Position numbers and translations under genes: made by a program. A DNA stretch of 64,000 nt from Histomonas meleagridis 2922-C6/04-290x (taxonomy: Eukaryota; Protista; Parabasalia). The stretch lies in assembly GCA_020184695.1 (NCBI GenBank), contig JAANOX010000159.1, positions 136,971 through 200,970 on the forward strand, written 5' to 3'. This document shows, in pieces, positions 1 through 10,800 of the stretch. The stretch's first letter is position 1, and every line of letters starts with the position of its first letter. Under the pieces are notes generated by a model that saw nothing but the letters and a program-made list of their open reading frames with translations, had not been told where the DNA came from and ran no database searches.

Positions 1-264
1 TGTATCGAAAAAGTAACACATTATGAAACCTTTCTATTCTCGCAAAATTAAAAAAGTTATCACATGGTTAATACTTAATTGGTCTTGAAATGAATAAAAT
101 ATTCTTATTTCATTATGGTTGGAACTAATTCTATTAATAAACTATTCAATTTTCACAGAAACTGTTCCAACATTGTCGATATTCAATATCGGCTTTTTAG
201 ATCACATGTCTTCCACCAACCAGTTCCATAAAACCGTTAATTCCTTGAAAATTGACTGGCTTGG

Positions 265-269
265 CCTTT
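265..269 (+). promoter_or_regulatory. M5 core-promoter motif (CCTTT) of eL22
   Basis: CCTTT ends 3 nt before the ATG. M5 is an established trichomonad core-promoter element enriched at ribosomal protein genes. Confidence 0.6.
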
Positions 270-272
270 CGG

Positions 273-593
273 ATGACTGCTGTTTACAAGATCGATTGCG
301 CTTCACCAATCTCAGATAAGGTTTTCTCTCTTCAAGACTTTGTTGAATACCTTCAGAAAAAGATGAAGGTCAATAAGCTTGTTAATAACCTTAAGAACAA
401 AGTTACAATCGAAGCTGATGCCAAGGAAAGTAAGATTGCTATCACATGCAATGTTAAATACTCAAAGCGTGCTGTCCGTTATTATGCCCGTAAGTTCCTT
501 CAGAAGCAAGGATTCCACGAACGTTATAGGGTTATCTCAACAGCTAAGGATACATATGAACTCCGTACATATGGTCCAACATCCAAAGAGTAA
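273..593 (+). CDS. RPL22: 60S ribosomal protein eL22
   Basis: MTAVYKIDCASP...FVEYLQKKMKVN...YSKRAVRYYARKFLQK...YRVISTAKDTYELR matches the eL22 pattern. True ATG is at 273 (the ORF track starts at an upstream TTG), with CCTTT at 265-269. Confidence 0.9.
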   Translation: MTAVYKIDCASPISDKVFSLQDFVEYLQKKMKVNKLVNNLKNKVTIEADAKESKIAITCNVKYSKRAVRYYARKFLQKQGFHERYRVISTAKDTYELRTYGPTSKE

Positions 594-858
594 ATAATCA
601 ATTCTTGAATTTTATTTATTTCAATCTGTGAACATATTTATCTAATTAACAATGTTAGTTCATTTTTATTCTAATAATTACTAATAAATTTGCCAATTAA
701 TTCAGCTGAATTATTAAGTTAAAATATTTTCATTAGTAAAAAATATAGGTAATTCAAGAACTCCATATTTTGGGGGCACCTGTTTTTACAACGATTAAAA
801 ATTTCTGAAGTTTTTTTTTTTTTTACAACAGAAGAGCGTTCCTCCGATAACTAAATTC

Positions 859-3800
859 ATGATGATTTTTCCCATCTTTTTTTTAGCTTGTCGAAGTCAA
901 ATATTAATTAACGCAAATGATATTGCTCAAGAAATTGAAGGGATAAATTTAACTGAAGCTATTAATAAATCTGGGATTGATAAACTTGAAATTTTCAAAC
1001 TCAAATTTATTTCTGGAACAATTTTAGAATCCGACCTGCAAAGCTTTACTCAGGAGTTTCCTAATTGCGATATGATTGAAGTTTTAAGAGATGTTAAATT
1101 TGAAAATAATTCTATTCCAAATAATTCTTTTAATTCGCATGCAAAACTTCGATCTTTTGTTGTACAATCTTATGTGCCCATTATAATAGGCGAAAAAGCA
1201 TTCAAAGAGTGTCAAAATCTTCGCATTTTTTCTGTTGAAAACACAGTAGAAATTGGATTTGAAGCCTTTTGTAACATTTACGATCCAACGCATACTTTAT
1301 CATTTACATTTGATTCTGTTAAAATTGGTGAATCAGCATTTCGTTATTCCACATTTCAATCCATTCAACTTAGTGGCCAAAATACAACCATTTCCGACAA
1401 TGCGTTTCGAGGCTGTGAAATTCAATATCTCTATATTAATGATGTTACCACGTTTTCCAATTATTCATTTTCAGATTCCACAATATTTAATGCCAGTTTT
1501 CCATCACTTACCAAAGCCGCAACAAACACATTTTCTGGGTCAAGTTTTTTTGAAGTTAATTGTGGATTATCAACATTAACAACAGAGTTTATATCTGTAC
1601 TTCGGTCAGATGTTACCAAAATTAATCTTCCGAAACTTATCAATACAACGGACAGCATGTTTAGTTTTTTCACCAATCTTGAATATATTAGTATTCCTGA
1701 AGTTGATTATATTAGTCGATCCTGTTTTTATTGTTGTGTTCGTCTTGAAAAAGTCGATTTAGGGCATGCGAAAATCATTGATGATAATGCATTTGAATTC
1801 TGTTCAGCACTTAATAAAATAAATATTGAAGAAATCGAACAAATTGGTTCATACTCATTTAAAGACTGTGTATCATTTGAAACATTAAACCTTACAAGTG
1901 TATGGAAGATTGGCGATTGTGCATTTGAAAACACTGCTTCGTTACGTGAAATTGAAGCGCCTAATCTAACTCAAGCAGGACAAAGTTTGTTTTCTCGATG
2001 CACAAAGCTTGAACGTATTGAATTCAAATCTTTAACAACATGTGAAAGTAATGTATTCACAGGAATTGAAAACTGTTTATTAAGTGTTGAATTATATTCT
2101 ATTATTAATATTGGTTATGGCTTTTTTAGAGATTTTATTGCATTAAGAACAGTGATTTTCAATTCTGTTCAAGAAATTTCAGCTTATTCATTTGATTCTT
2201 GTAAAAATCTTTCTTATGTTGAGTTTCCGAATGTACAAAAAATTTTTCAATGTGCTTTTACTGAATGTTATTCATTAGTAAATATCACTTTTCCAAACTT
2301 AGTGACGATTCTTAATGAAGTATTTCAAAATTGCATTAATTTAGAGGTGTTAGATATTCCAAATGTAATCGAAATTGGTTCAAGTGCATTTGAAAACTGT
2401 CGAAAGTTATGGTATTTAAATGCACCTAAACTTGAAACTGTTGGTGAATATTTCTTAAGTGATATTAATATATCAAATGAATATTTGTTTTGTAGTAATT
2501 TGAAATCTATTAATGTCTTTGGGTTTTCTAACAATAAAAGAATCAAAGAAATCGTTTTAGATAAAGTTGAAAAAGCTGATATCAATTTATTTTATGGTTG
2601 TACTAATTTAGAAACAATTAAATTACCAAATATTCATGAATTAGGTGATTCATCATTTGAATCATGTGAAAGTCTTAAAGAAATTGAATTTAATTATCTT
2701 ACATCATTAGGTCAAAAATGTTTTATTAATTGTATTAATTTGATTTCTGCTAGTTTAAATTCAATTACTTCTTTTCCTGAATATACATTTTCGAATTGTA
2801 TAAACCTTTTAAATGTTAGCTTAATAAATTGTGAGGAAATTGGTTCATATGCTTTTACGAATTGTACTTCATTAAAAGTTATAAATTTGCCAAGTTTAAC
2901 ATCGGTAAGTTCATTTGTATTTTGTGATTGTACTTCATTAGAAGAAATTCATGCATTAAACTGTCACCAAATTAATGCTTTTAGCTTTACTAATTGCCAA
3001 AACATAAAAATATTCGATTTCCCTAATTTAACATACTTAGGCTTGAATATGGCTGAATTTAAATATATTACTGAACTTAATTATGAAAAGCTGGACGATA
3101 TTGGCGATTCACCTTTTAAAGATTTTTATAGTTTAACAAAAGTTACTTTCCCTTTGCTTCAAAGAGCAAGTGTACAAGCATTTTGTAATTGTATATCATT
3201 AACAGAAGCTTATTTACCTTCTGTTCAAACTATTTCTCAAAATGCTTTTTATAATTGTACTTTATTAACAAATTTAACTTTAGGTAATGTTATTTCGATT
3301 TATAGTTATGCATTTGCTTATTGTAATTCATTAAATTATCTTGATTTAAATAGCCTTAATGAAATACCTTCTGGTGAAAAAGGAGTTTTTGAAAATTGTA
3401 CAAATTTAAGGATTTTATTAATGAATAATTTAACAATTGTTTCAAATGAATCTGACTTGTTTTTGAACTGTTTAAATCTTTATAGAATTGAATTAGGTTC
3501 CCAACAACCGCAAACTTTCGGTGAAAAAGTTTTCGAAAACACAAAAATTCAGAAGGAGAACGTTAACGGACTTAATGTTATTCCAATTCATTTATGTTTA
3601 CCTTATACAAAAGATTATGATAATTATGAAGTTAATGGCATATGGAAAGGAATTTATTCATATCCACCTGATAATTATTTTGATTTATGTGTTAATTCAT
3701 TAGAAAGAGCTGAAAAAGAAAACAGTAAAATATATTTAATTGTTGGATTAGTTTTAGGTGGATGTGTAATTATAGGTCTTTTAATCACTATATACGTATT

Positions 3801-3873
3801 AAGGAAAAGAAAGAATTCTCGAGACTTTAATTTAGTTATTGAAGTAGATGATGATTCAAATGAAACAGAATAA
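859..3873 (+). CDS. BspA-like (TpLRR) surface protein with signal peptide and C-terminal TM
   Basis: Many LxxIxxxAFxxCxxL repeats, hydrophobic N-terminus, TM segment IYLIVGLVLGGCVIIGLLITIYVL followed by RKRK and an acidic tail. Confidence 0.88.
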   Translation: MMIFPIFFLACRSQILINANDIAQEIEGINLTEAINKSGIDKLEIFKLKFISGTILESDLQSFTQEFPNCDMIEVLRDVKFENNSIPNNSFNSHAKLRSFVVQSYVPIIIGEKAFKECQNLRIFSVENTVEIGFEAFCNIYDPTHTLSFTFDSVKIGESAFRYSTFQSIQLSGQNTTISDNAFRGCEIQYLYINDVTTFSNYSFSDSTIFNASFPSLTKAATNTFSGSSFFEVNCGLSTLTTEFISVLRSDVTKINLPKLINTTDSMFSFFTNLEYISIPEVDYISRSCFYCCVRLEKVDLGHAKIIDDNAFEFCSALNKINIEEIEQIGSYSFKDCVSFETLNLTSVWKIGDCAFENTASLREIEAPNLTQAGQSLFSRCTKLERIEFKSLTTCESNVFTGIENCLLSVELYSIINIGYGFFRDFIALRTVIFNSVQEISAYSFDSCKNLSYVEFPNVQKIFQCAFTECYSLVNITFPNLVTILNEVFQNCINLEVLDIPNVIEIGSSAFENCRKLWYLNAPKLETVGEYFLSDINISNEYLFCSNLKSINVFGFSNNKRIKEIVLDKVEKADINLFYGCTNLETIKLPNIHELGDSSFESCESLKEIEFNYLTSLGQKCFINCINLISASLNSITSFPEYTFSNCINLLNVSLINCEEIGSYAFTNCTSLKVINLPSLTSVSSFVFCDCTSLEEIHALNCHQINAFSFTNCQNIKIFDFPNLTYLGLNMAEFKYITELNYEKLDDIGDSPFKDFYSLTKVTFPLLQRASVQAFCNCISLTEAYLPSVQTISQNAFYNCTLLTNLTLGNVISIYSYAFAYCNSLNYLDLNSLNEIPSGEKGVFENCTNLRILLMNNLTIVSNESDLFLNCLNLYRIELGSQQPQTFGEKVFENTKIQKENVNGLNVIPIHLCLPYTKDYDNYEVNGIWKGIYSYPPDNYFDLCVNSLERAEKENSKIYLIVGLVLGGCVIIGLLITIYVLRKRKNSRDFNLVIEVDDDSNETE

Positions 3874-3965
3874 AAATAAATAAACAGTAAAATTGTAGTC
3901 ACTTTTACTTGTCAAAAATTTGTATTTTAAACTATTGAAAAATTTAAATAAACCGTCACTGTCTG

Positions 3966-6900
3966 ATGACTGAGGGGAGCTTTAGCGCAATAAAGAAGAC
4001 TTATAAAGAAATAGTGACAGCAGAAAGCAAAGGAAATGACGCATCCAGAATAGGCCCCTTAGTTACATCGTTTTTTAGCAAGGTTGCAAAATATTTGGAA
4101 TCTTTAATGAACAGTGATGGTATTATTGATGTTAAAGGAATGAAATTATCAAAGGTTAATCGATTGGCTGAATTTTGCGATCATCTTATTGAACAAGGTT
4201 ATTCAAATTTCATTAAAGATGTTGATCCAAATATAATTATAAGTACAATTCAATTTTTAACTAATGATGGGTTTGACAAAAAAATCCAAGTAAATCTTAA
4301 AGATACAACCTATCGTTTAATTAATTTCATTATTTCTAATGAAGATTTCATGAATTCAGATCGAGCAAAAAGCTTTGTTCAAAGCTTTTTAAAGAAAGAA
4401 ATTAAACCCATTGAAACAAAAGGTACTCCTAACAATGAAATTAAACTTTTTACATTTTTATTATCATTAACAAAAGAAGAGTTTTCATTTTGGTTAAATC
4501 CTCTTTCTGATTACTTTAATAATCCAGATCGAAACCAACCATTTCCACCCGAAATTAATTTTATTTCAAAAGCAGCAGAAAATAAGTTTAATATATTTTC
4601 CAAATCGCATGTAGCTCTATCATTTACTGAAGAGATTATCCGTCTTTTTGATGTTTCAGAGTTTTCACATCTAAAAATCTGTTTGTCAGAATTATGTAAT
4701 CAAATAATCACGCCAGATGATATTTTAATTCAAGCGATTACATTATTTCATCGTCTTGTAATATTATCCAACGAGAAAGACATAGTACATGTTTCATGTA
4801 TCCGAAAAATTTTCCAACGTTGTACTTCAAATTCCATCAAAAACGGAGTATTGAAATTTCTGTCACTTTTGCAACAATTGAACCGCAACAGCGAACGTTA
4901 TAAGATGAATCAAGGAATATTATTTTTATATACTTTAATGTTATTATATGATTCCCGATGTGAAGATCGAAAGATTTGGAAGATGATCATCACGAAAGAT
5001 ACAGCGCATCAATATTTTATACCGATAATGAAATTTTCTATTTTTGTAGCAGTTGAAACTTTTACTGAAATCTTTTATATTAATAATGAAGAGTTACAAC
5101 AAATTGCGGCATCACAAACGGATAAAAAGTCCACCAAAAACACAATGGGTAAAGTTGTAGCGAAATTTATTTCGAACATAAATTCATTCTTTAAGACACC
5201 ATGGAAATATTCATTAACTATTAATCCATTAGAAAAGACGAAAATTAAATCATTTCAAAACGTTAATAATGATAAATATGAATTTTATTCTAATTTAGAT
5301 TTCGATTCATATAATTTAAAATCATTTTCACTTAAATGTCTTAAAGCAGGCTTTGGTATGTATTCACCATTAATGTATTCGATCTTAATTTTAACATATT
5401 TTGATTTACTTGAAGGAATGCCACCCAAAGTACGCATAGGTAATCCCAACTGTATATTACAATTATTTTTAGGAGAAGGATTGAAAATTTTATCATTATA
5501 TGAATATAGTGATGAAATAGCATTAACATTTTATACTGTTTCAATTTTATTTTCTAATGTAACAGTTCGAATGAAATTATCAAATGATATCTTTGCTAAA
5601 TGGACTGAAATCATTGGACATTATTCATTTTGTAATGATGAACGGAAATTATTTAGAGATCAATCATTTAATGCCATTTGTGATTCGATTGAGTTAATGT
5701 TACCTGGATGTGAATTATTAATACCTATTTTTATTAATTATATTAATATTTTTGTTGTTTCACAAGTATATGAATATGAACCACAAGTACAAAAGATTTC
5801 AAGTACATTTGCATCTGCTATTATTATATCGAATTCTGAAATTGGTTTTTCGAATGAATTAATTAAACATTTAAAGAATCGAAAACAATCAAAAGATTCG
5901 CCATATTATAATCAATTAATATCAGTTGATAATAAATCGATCATCGAAACTATAATAGAATTCTCAAATCGATTATTATCTACATCGAAACAAATACATG
6001 TATTTAATGCTATATTACGTATAGTTATTGAACTTAAAGAGAATAAAGAATTAACAACATATTTATCAAGTTTAATACGATATTTACAACATGATAATAT
6101 ATATGATTTATATTCATTAATACAATTCGCACCTAATTTCACTAATTTCTTACCTGATTTCGTTAGTGACTTAATTAAAAATGGTTATTTGGATTTAGCT
6201 TTGGAATTCTTAATAGGAACAAGTTATTGCGTCGATTATCATAAAGATAAAATCGATGAATTATTTTGCGAGAAATGTACACCGGAATTATTAACACGAT
6301 TTTTAGGTGATTATAAACGTTATCCATTTCCAAATGGTATTAATTTCCATCAATCGAATTATGATTTATTTAATGTTAATGGTAATGAAGAGAAAAGAGA
6401 TTTATTTACATTTGTAAGTTCACGAGGAGATTTAATCATCGGATTACAAACTAAACAAGAAGAAAATCAATTATCATTAATGACGGCATTAGGTAATTCA
6501 TCATTAAATATAAAGAATTATGTCCATGAGAAACAATTTATACCTCATTCATCACCAACATTTCCTGAAGTGAATAATACGATTTCATTAAAATTCGAGC
6601 CTTTACAACTTGAAGAATATGAAATCCCATTTAATAAAGATTGTATCTTTCATGAAGATGAAGAAGAAAAAGTATTTGAATTAAAGTTACCAGAAACTAT
6701 AAAAACATTTCCAATACCTTCCGCTATTGAACAATTAGGTTTATTTGATGATAATAGTAAATCATTAACAATGGATGCGCAATGTTATCGAGAATCTAAA
6801 GCATTAATTAATACATCTTATCGATATAAACATAAAATTGCGTTATTATATGTAGCAAAGAATCAACGTGAACAACAACAAATTTTAGGTAATAATTATT

Positions 6901-7517
6901 TTAGCCCACAATTTTTATCATTTGCTACTAAATTGGGTTATTTAATTGATATGAAAACACATTGTTGTACAACAGGAGGTTTAGATGCTAAAAGTTTTTC
7001 GACTGGAGAAGTTTCATTATTTTATGCTGATTCAATACATGAAGTAATGTTTCATGTTCCATCTTTATTAACATCTGATTTAAAGAATGATCCACAATTT
7101 ATATATAAGAAAAGACATATCGGTAATGATAGCGTACATATTATATGGTGTGAAGATAACGAAGAATATAAAGTGAAAACAATTATTTCACATTTTAATG
7201 ACGCACATATTGTTATATATCCTTTGGCATGTGGAATGTATCATGTTAAAGTGAGCACAAAAACTGATGTAAATTATTTCGGTCCTTTAATGGGAAGATG
7301 TATAGTGTCCGAAAGAAATTTGGTCGGATTGGTCAGAGCAACTGCAATTATGGCGGACCAAGTGATATATATGAAGAAACAAAACGAAAGCGAAATGAAA
7401 GCAACACATGCGCCCGCAGTAACTTTGAATAGTAATATCTTTGGAACTTTGCCCGCTTTTATTTCCGCGTTGGAATTCGACGCTAAATTACCGGTGATAC
7501 AAAAGAATGAGAATTAA
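3966..7517 (+). CDS. Rap/Ran-GAP domain protein (RalGAP/tuberin-like)
   Basis: C-terminal HKIALLYV...GGLD...EVMFHVPSL...KKRHIGNDSVHIIW is typical of the RapGAP domain; long helical N-terminus. Confidence 0.85.
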   Translation: MTEGSFSAIKKTYKEIVTAESKGNDASRIGPLVTSFFSKVAKYLESLMNSDGIIDVKGMKLSKVNRLAEFCDHLIEQGYSNFIKDVDPNIIISTIQFLTNDGFDKKIQVNLKDTTYRLINFIISNEDFMNSDRAKSFVQSFLKKEIKPIETKGTPNNEIKLFTFLLSLTKEEFSFWLNPLSDYFNNPDRNQPFPPEINFISKAAENKFNIFSKSHVALSFTEEIIRLFDVSEFSHLKICLSELCNQIITPDDILIQAITLFHRLVILSNEKDIVHVSCIRKIFQRCTSNSIKNGVLKFLSLLQQLNRNSERYKMNQGILFLYTLMLLYDSRCEDRKIWKMIITKDTAHQYFIPIMKFSIFVAVETFTEIFYINNEELQQIAASQTDKKSTKNTMGKVVAKFISNINSFFKTPWKYSLTINPLEKTKIKSFQNVNNDKYEFYSNLDFDSYNLKSFSLKCLKAGFGMYSPLMYSILILTYFDLLEGMPPKVRIGNPNCILQLFLGEGLKILSLYEYSDEIALTFYTVSILFSNVTVRMKLSNDIFAKWTEIIGHYSFCNDERKLFRDQSFNAICDSIELMLPGCELLIPIFINYINIFVVSQVYEYEPQVQKISSTFASAIIISNSEIGFSNELIKHLKNRKQSKDSPYYNQLISVDNKSIIETIIEFSNRLLSTSKQIHVFNAILRIVIELKENKELTTYLSSLIRYLQHDNIYDLYSLIQFAPNFTNFLPDFVSDLIKNGYLDLALEFLIGTSYCVDYHKDKIDELFCEKCTPELLTRFLGDYKRYPFPNGINFHQSNYDLFNVNGNEEKRDLFTFVSSRGDLIIGLQTKQEENQLSLMTALGNSSLNIKNYVHEKQFIPHSSPTFPEVNNTISLKFEPLQLEEYEIPFNKDCIFHEDEEEKVFELKLPETIKTFPIPSAIEQLGLFDDNSKSLTMDAQCYRESKALINTSYRYKHKIALLYVAKNQREQQQILGNNYFSPQFLSFATKLGYLIDMKTHCCTTGGLDAKSFSTGEVSLFYADSIHEVMFHVPSLLTSDLKNDPQFIYKKRHIGNDSVHIIWCEDNEEYKVKTIISHFNDAHIVIYPLACGMYHVKVSTKTDVNYFGPLMGRCIVSERNLVGLVRATAIMADQVIYMKKQNESEMKATHAPAVTLNSNIFGTLPAFISALEFDAKLPVIQKNEN

Positions 7518-7833
7518 TTTATAATGTTTTGATGCAAGTGCAAGTACATCAAAAAGGGGCCGCAGCCAAATAAACTCAGAAAAACTTAAAAAAAACGTGC
7601 GCACTCAAATTTTGTTTGCTTTTTAACGGTTGTTAAACCCCAAAATGTACTTTTATTTCAATTTTCTGAACTTATATCGTAAATATTGAATTTTTAATGT
7701 AACTTATTTCGAAATTATATCAAAAAGTTAATGAAGTTCTGAGCGTTGATAGGATAATTCAATGTTTCGGTTCTGAAACTTTTGATCGTTTTCGATCCCA
7801 CCACCCACAAAATAAACACTTTTTCTCTGATCA

Positions 7834-10800
7834 ATGCTTTTCTGTTGTTTCCCAATAACAATAATATCAATAATTAAAAGTAACATGGGAAATGAAAAAT
7901 GTTATTCAATAACAAGTAAAAAAAGAATTACTAAAAATGATTTCGAACTTGCTTATTATAATTGTATTTCAATAGAAGAAGATATCCAAAAAATTGAAGA
8001 TAATGCATTTAAAGAATGGGAAACTCTTGTTGAAGTAAAGATCCAATCTTCAATTACATCAATTGGTTCAAATGCGTTTTGTCAATGTTCTTCATTAAAA
8101 TACATATCTATACCAGATTCAGTCACATCAATTGGAGACTATGCATTTTGTTCATGTCAATCCTTAACAACTATTGAAATCCCAGCGAATGTTAAAAATA
8201 TTGGTAAATCAGCATTTCAATTCTGTTCAGAATTAACAGATGTTATCATGAAACCAAGTACTATTACATCCATAGGATCATCAGCATTTAATTTCTGTGT
8301 TTTATTAAAAAGTATTAAAATACCAAATGGAATAACAACACTTGAAAGCTCCACATTTCAATATTGTACTAAATTATCAGATATTATAATTCCAGAATCA
8401 GTTATTACAATTGGTGATTTTGTATTTGAAAATTGTGATAATTTAGCAAATGTTCAAATTGGTGAATCAACTAAATCAATTGGTTCACAAGCATTTTCAA
8501 CTTGTTCTAATTTAAAGCAAATTACGATTCCTAATTCAGTTACAACAATTGGAACTCATATATTTAGTTATTGTTTTAATTTATATCATATTGAACTTAG
8601 TAATTCTTTAAATGAAATAACAAATTTTTCATTTATAGATTGTTTTTGTTTACAAAGTATTGAAATTAGTGATTCTGTTTTATTTATTGGATATAAAGCA
8701 TTTTATGGATGTTCTTCTTTAGTTAATATTAAAATTGGTAAATCAGTTAAATCAATTGGGGAAAATGCATTTGGTAAATGTGAAAAATTATTAACAATTG
8801 AAGTATCACCTGAAAACATGAATTATAAAAATCATGAATCTGATGGTGTATTATATGATATTAATATCAATGAATTAATACAATTTCCAATGGCTAAAAA
8901 GAATTCATTTACAGTACCGAATACAATTGAAACTATAAAAAGTTATTCATTTTTATATTCTCAAATTTCAAGTATAGTCATTGGAAATTCAGTTAAAACA
9001 ATTGAATCAAATGCATTTTTTTCATGTCCTGTTCTAGAAATAATTACATTTGGTTATAACATTGAAACAATTGGTGATTATGCATTTGAATATTGTCCTT
9101 TCTTGACTGAAATTGTTATTCGAGGTACAGTTAAATCAATTGGTTTTTTGGCATTTAGAGGTTGTGATAGTTTAATAAAATTTAAAGTTTCACAATCGAA
9201 TGAAATTTATAGTAATTATGAAGATGATGGAATAATTTATGATAAAAACATTAATAAAATTCTTTATTTCCCACCTCGTAAAGATACAATTACAATACCA
9301 AATTCTGTTACAATTATTAATAGTTATTCATTTTATGAATGTTATTGTTTAAAGAATATTATTCTTAATGATAATATAAAAGAAATTGGAGAATATTCAT
9401 TTTATAATTGTAAAGGTTTAACTAAAATTACAATTCCTAATTCGATAACTGAAATTAAACCATTTACATTTACATCTTGTACAAGTTTAAAGAGTATTAC
9501 ATTAAGTAATAACCTTCAAACATTAAGTAAAAACTCATTTGCTTGTTGTTCAGAATTATTAATGATAACATTACCAAATACAATTAAAACAATTGAAGAC
9601 TTTGTATTTACTAATTGTACAAAGTTAACAGGAATAAATATACCTAATTCACTTGAAACTATTGGTAATAATGTATTTCAACATTGTGAAAGTTTACAAA
9701 TAATAACAATACCTAATTTAATTAAATCAATTGGTAATTATGTATTTCAAGATTGTATTTCATTAGCAAAAGTTACAATTCCTGATTCAGTTACATCAAT
9801 TGGAGAATATACATTTTCTGATTGTAAGGATTTAGAAGATGTAACAATAAGTGATTCTATTACAACAATTGGTAAATATGCATTTTATAATTGTCGGAAA
9901 CTGAAACATATTAAAATCCCAAATAATATTCAAACAATTAATGATTATACATTTTATTATTGTAGGGAAATAACAGAAATTATAATTCCTAATTCAGTTA
10001 TAACAATTAATAATAATGTATTTGATTCATGTGAATTTTTAACTAATGTTACAATTGGTGAATCAGTTACATCAATTGGTGATTTTGTATTTCAAAGTTG
10101 TCTTCATTTAGAAAGTATTACAATTCCTAATTCAGTTAAAACTATTGGAAACTTTGCATTTAGTAATAATTATATAAAAAGTATTAATTTAGGTAATTCG
10201 ATTACTAATATTGGAATTTATGCATTTCAATATTGTACAGAATTAAAGAGTATTATAATTCCAGATAAAGTTACAACAATTGGATATGGTACATTTTATG
10301 AATGTTTCGAATTAACTAATGTTACATTATCAAATTCATTAACATTAATACATTGCCATTCATTTTATAAATGTGAAAAATTAGAATCTATTACACTTCC
10401 AAATACATTACAAAAAATTGGTGGAGAAGCATTTTATAAAACAAGCTTATTCATAATATTTATACCAGAATCAGTAATATTAATAGGTAATAATGCATTT
10501 TATGAATGTACTTATTTAATGTCTATTAATGTATCAACAAATAATAAATATTATCAAAATTATCAAAATGATGGAGTCCTTTATGATTATGAATTTAAAG
10601 AAATTCTTTATTATCCACCTTTAAAGATCGGACAATATTCAATGCCTGAAACAATACAAAAAATTCGATATTATTCATTTTATAAATCACAAATTGATGA
10701 ATTAACAATTAGTAAATCTTGTTCATTAATTGAAAATCATGCATTTTATTACTCTAGATTAGTGAATATTATACTTCCAAATTTAATTACAATAATTAAA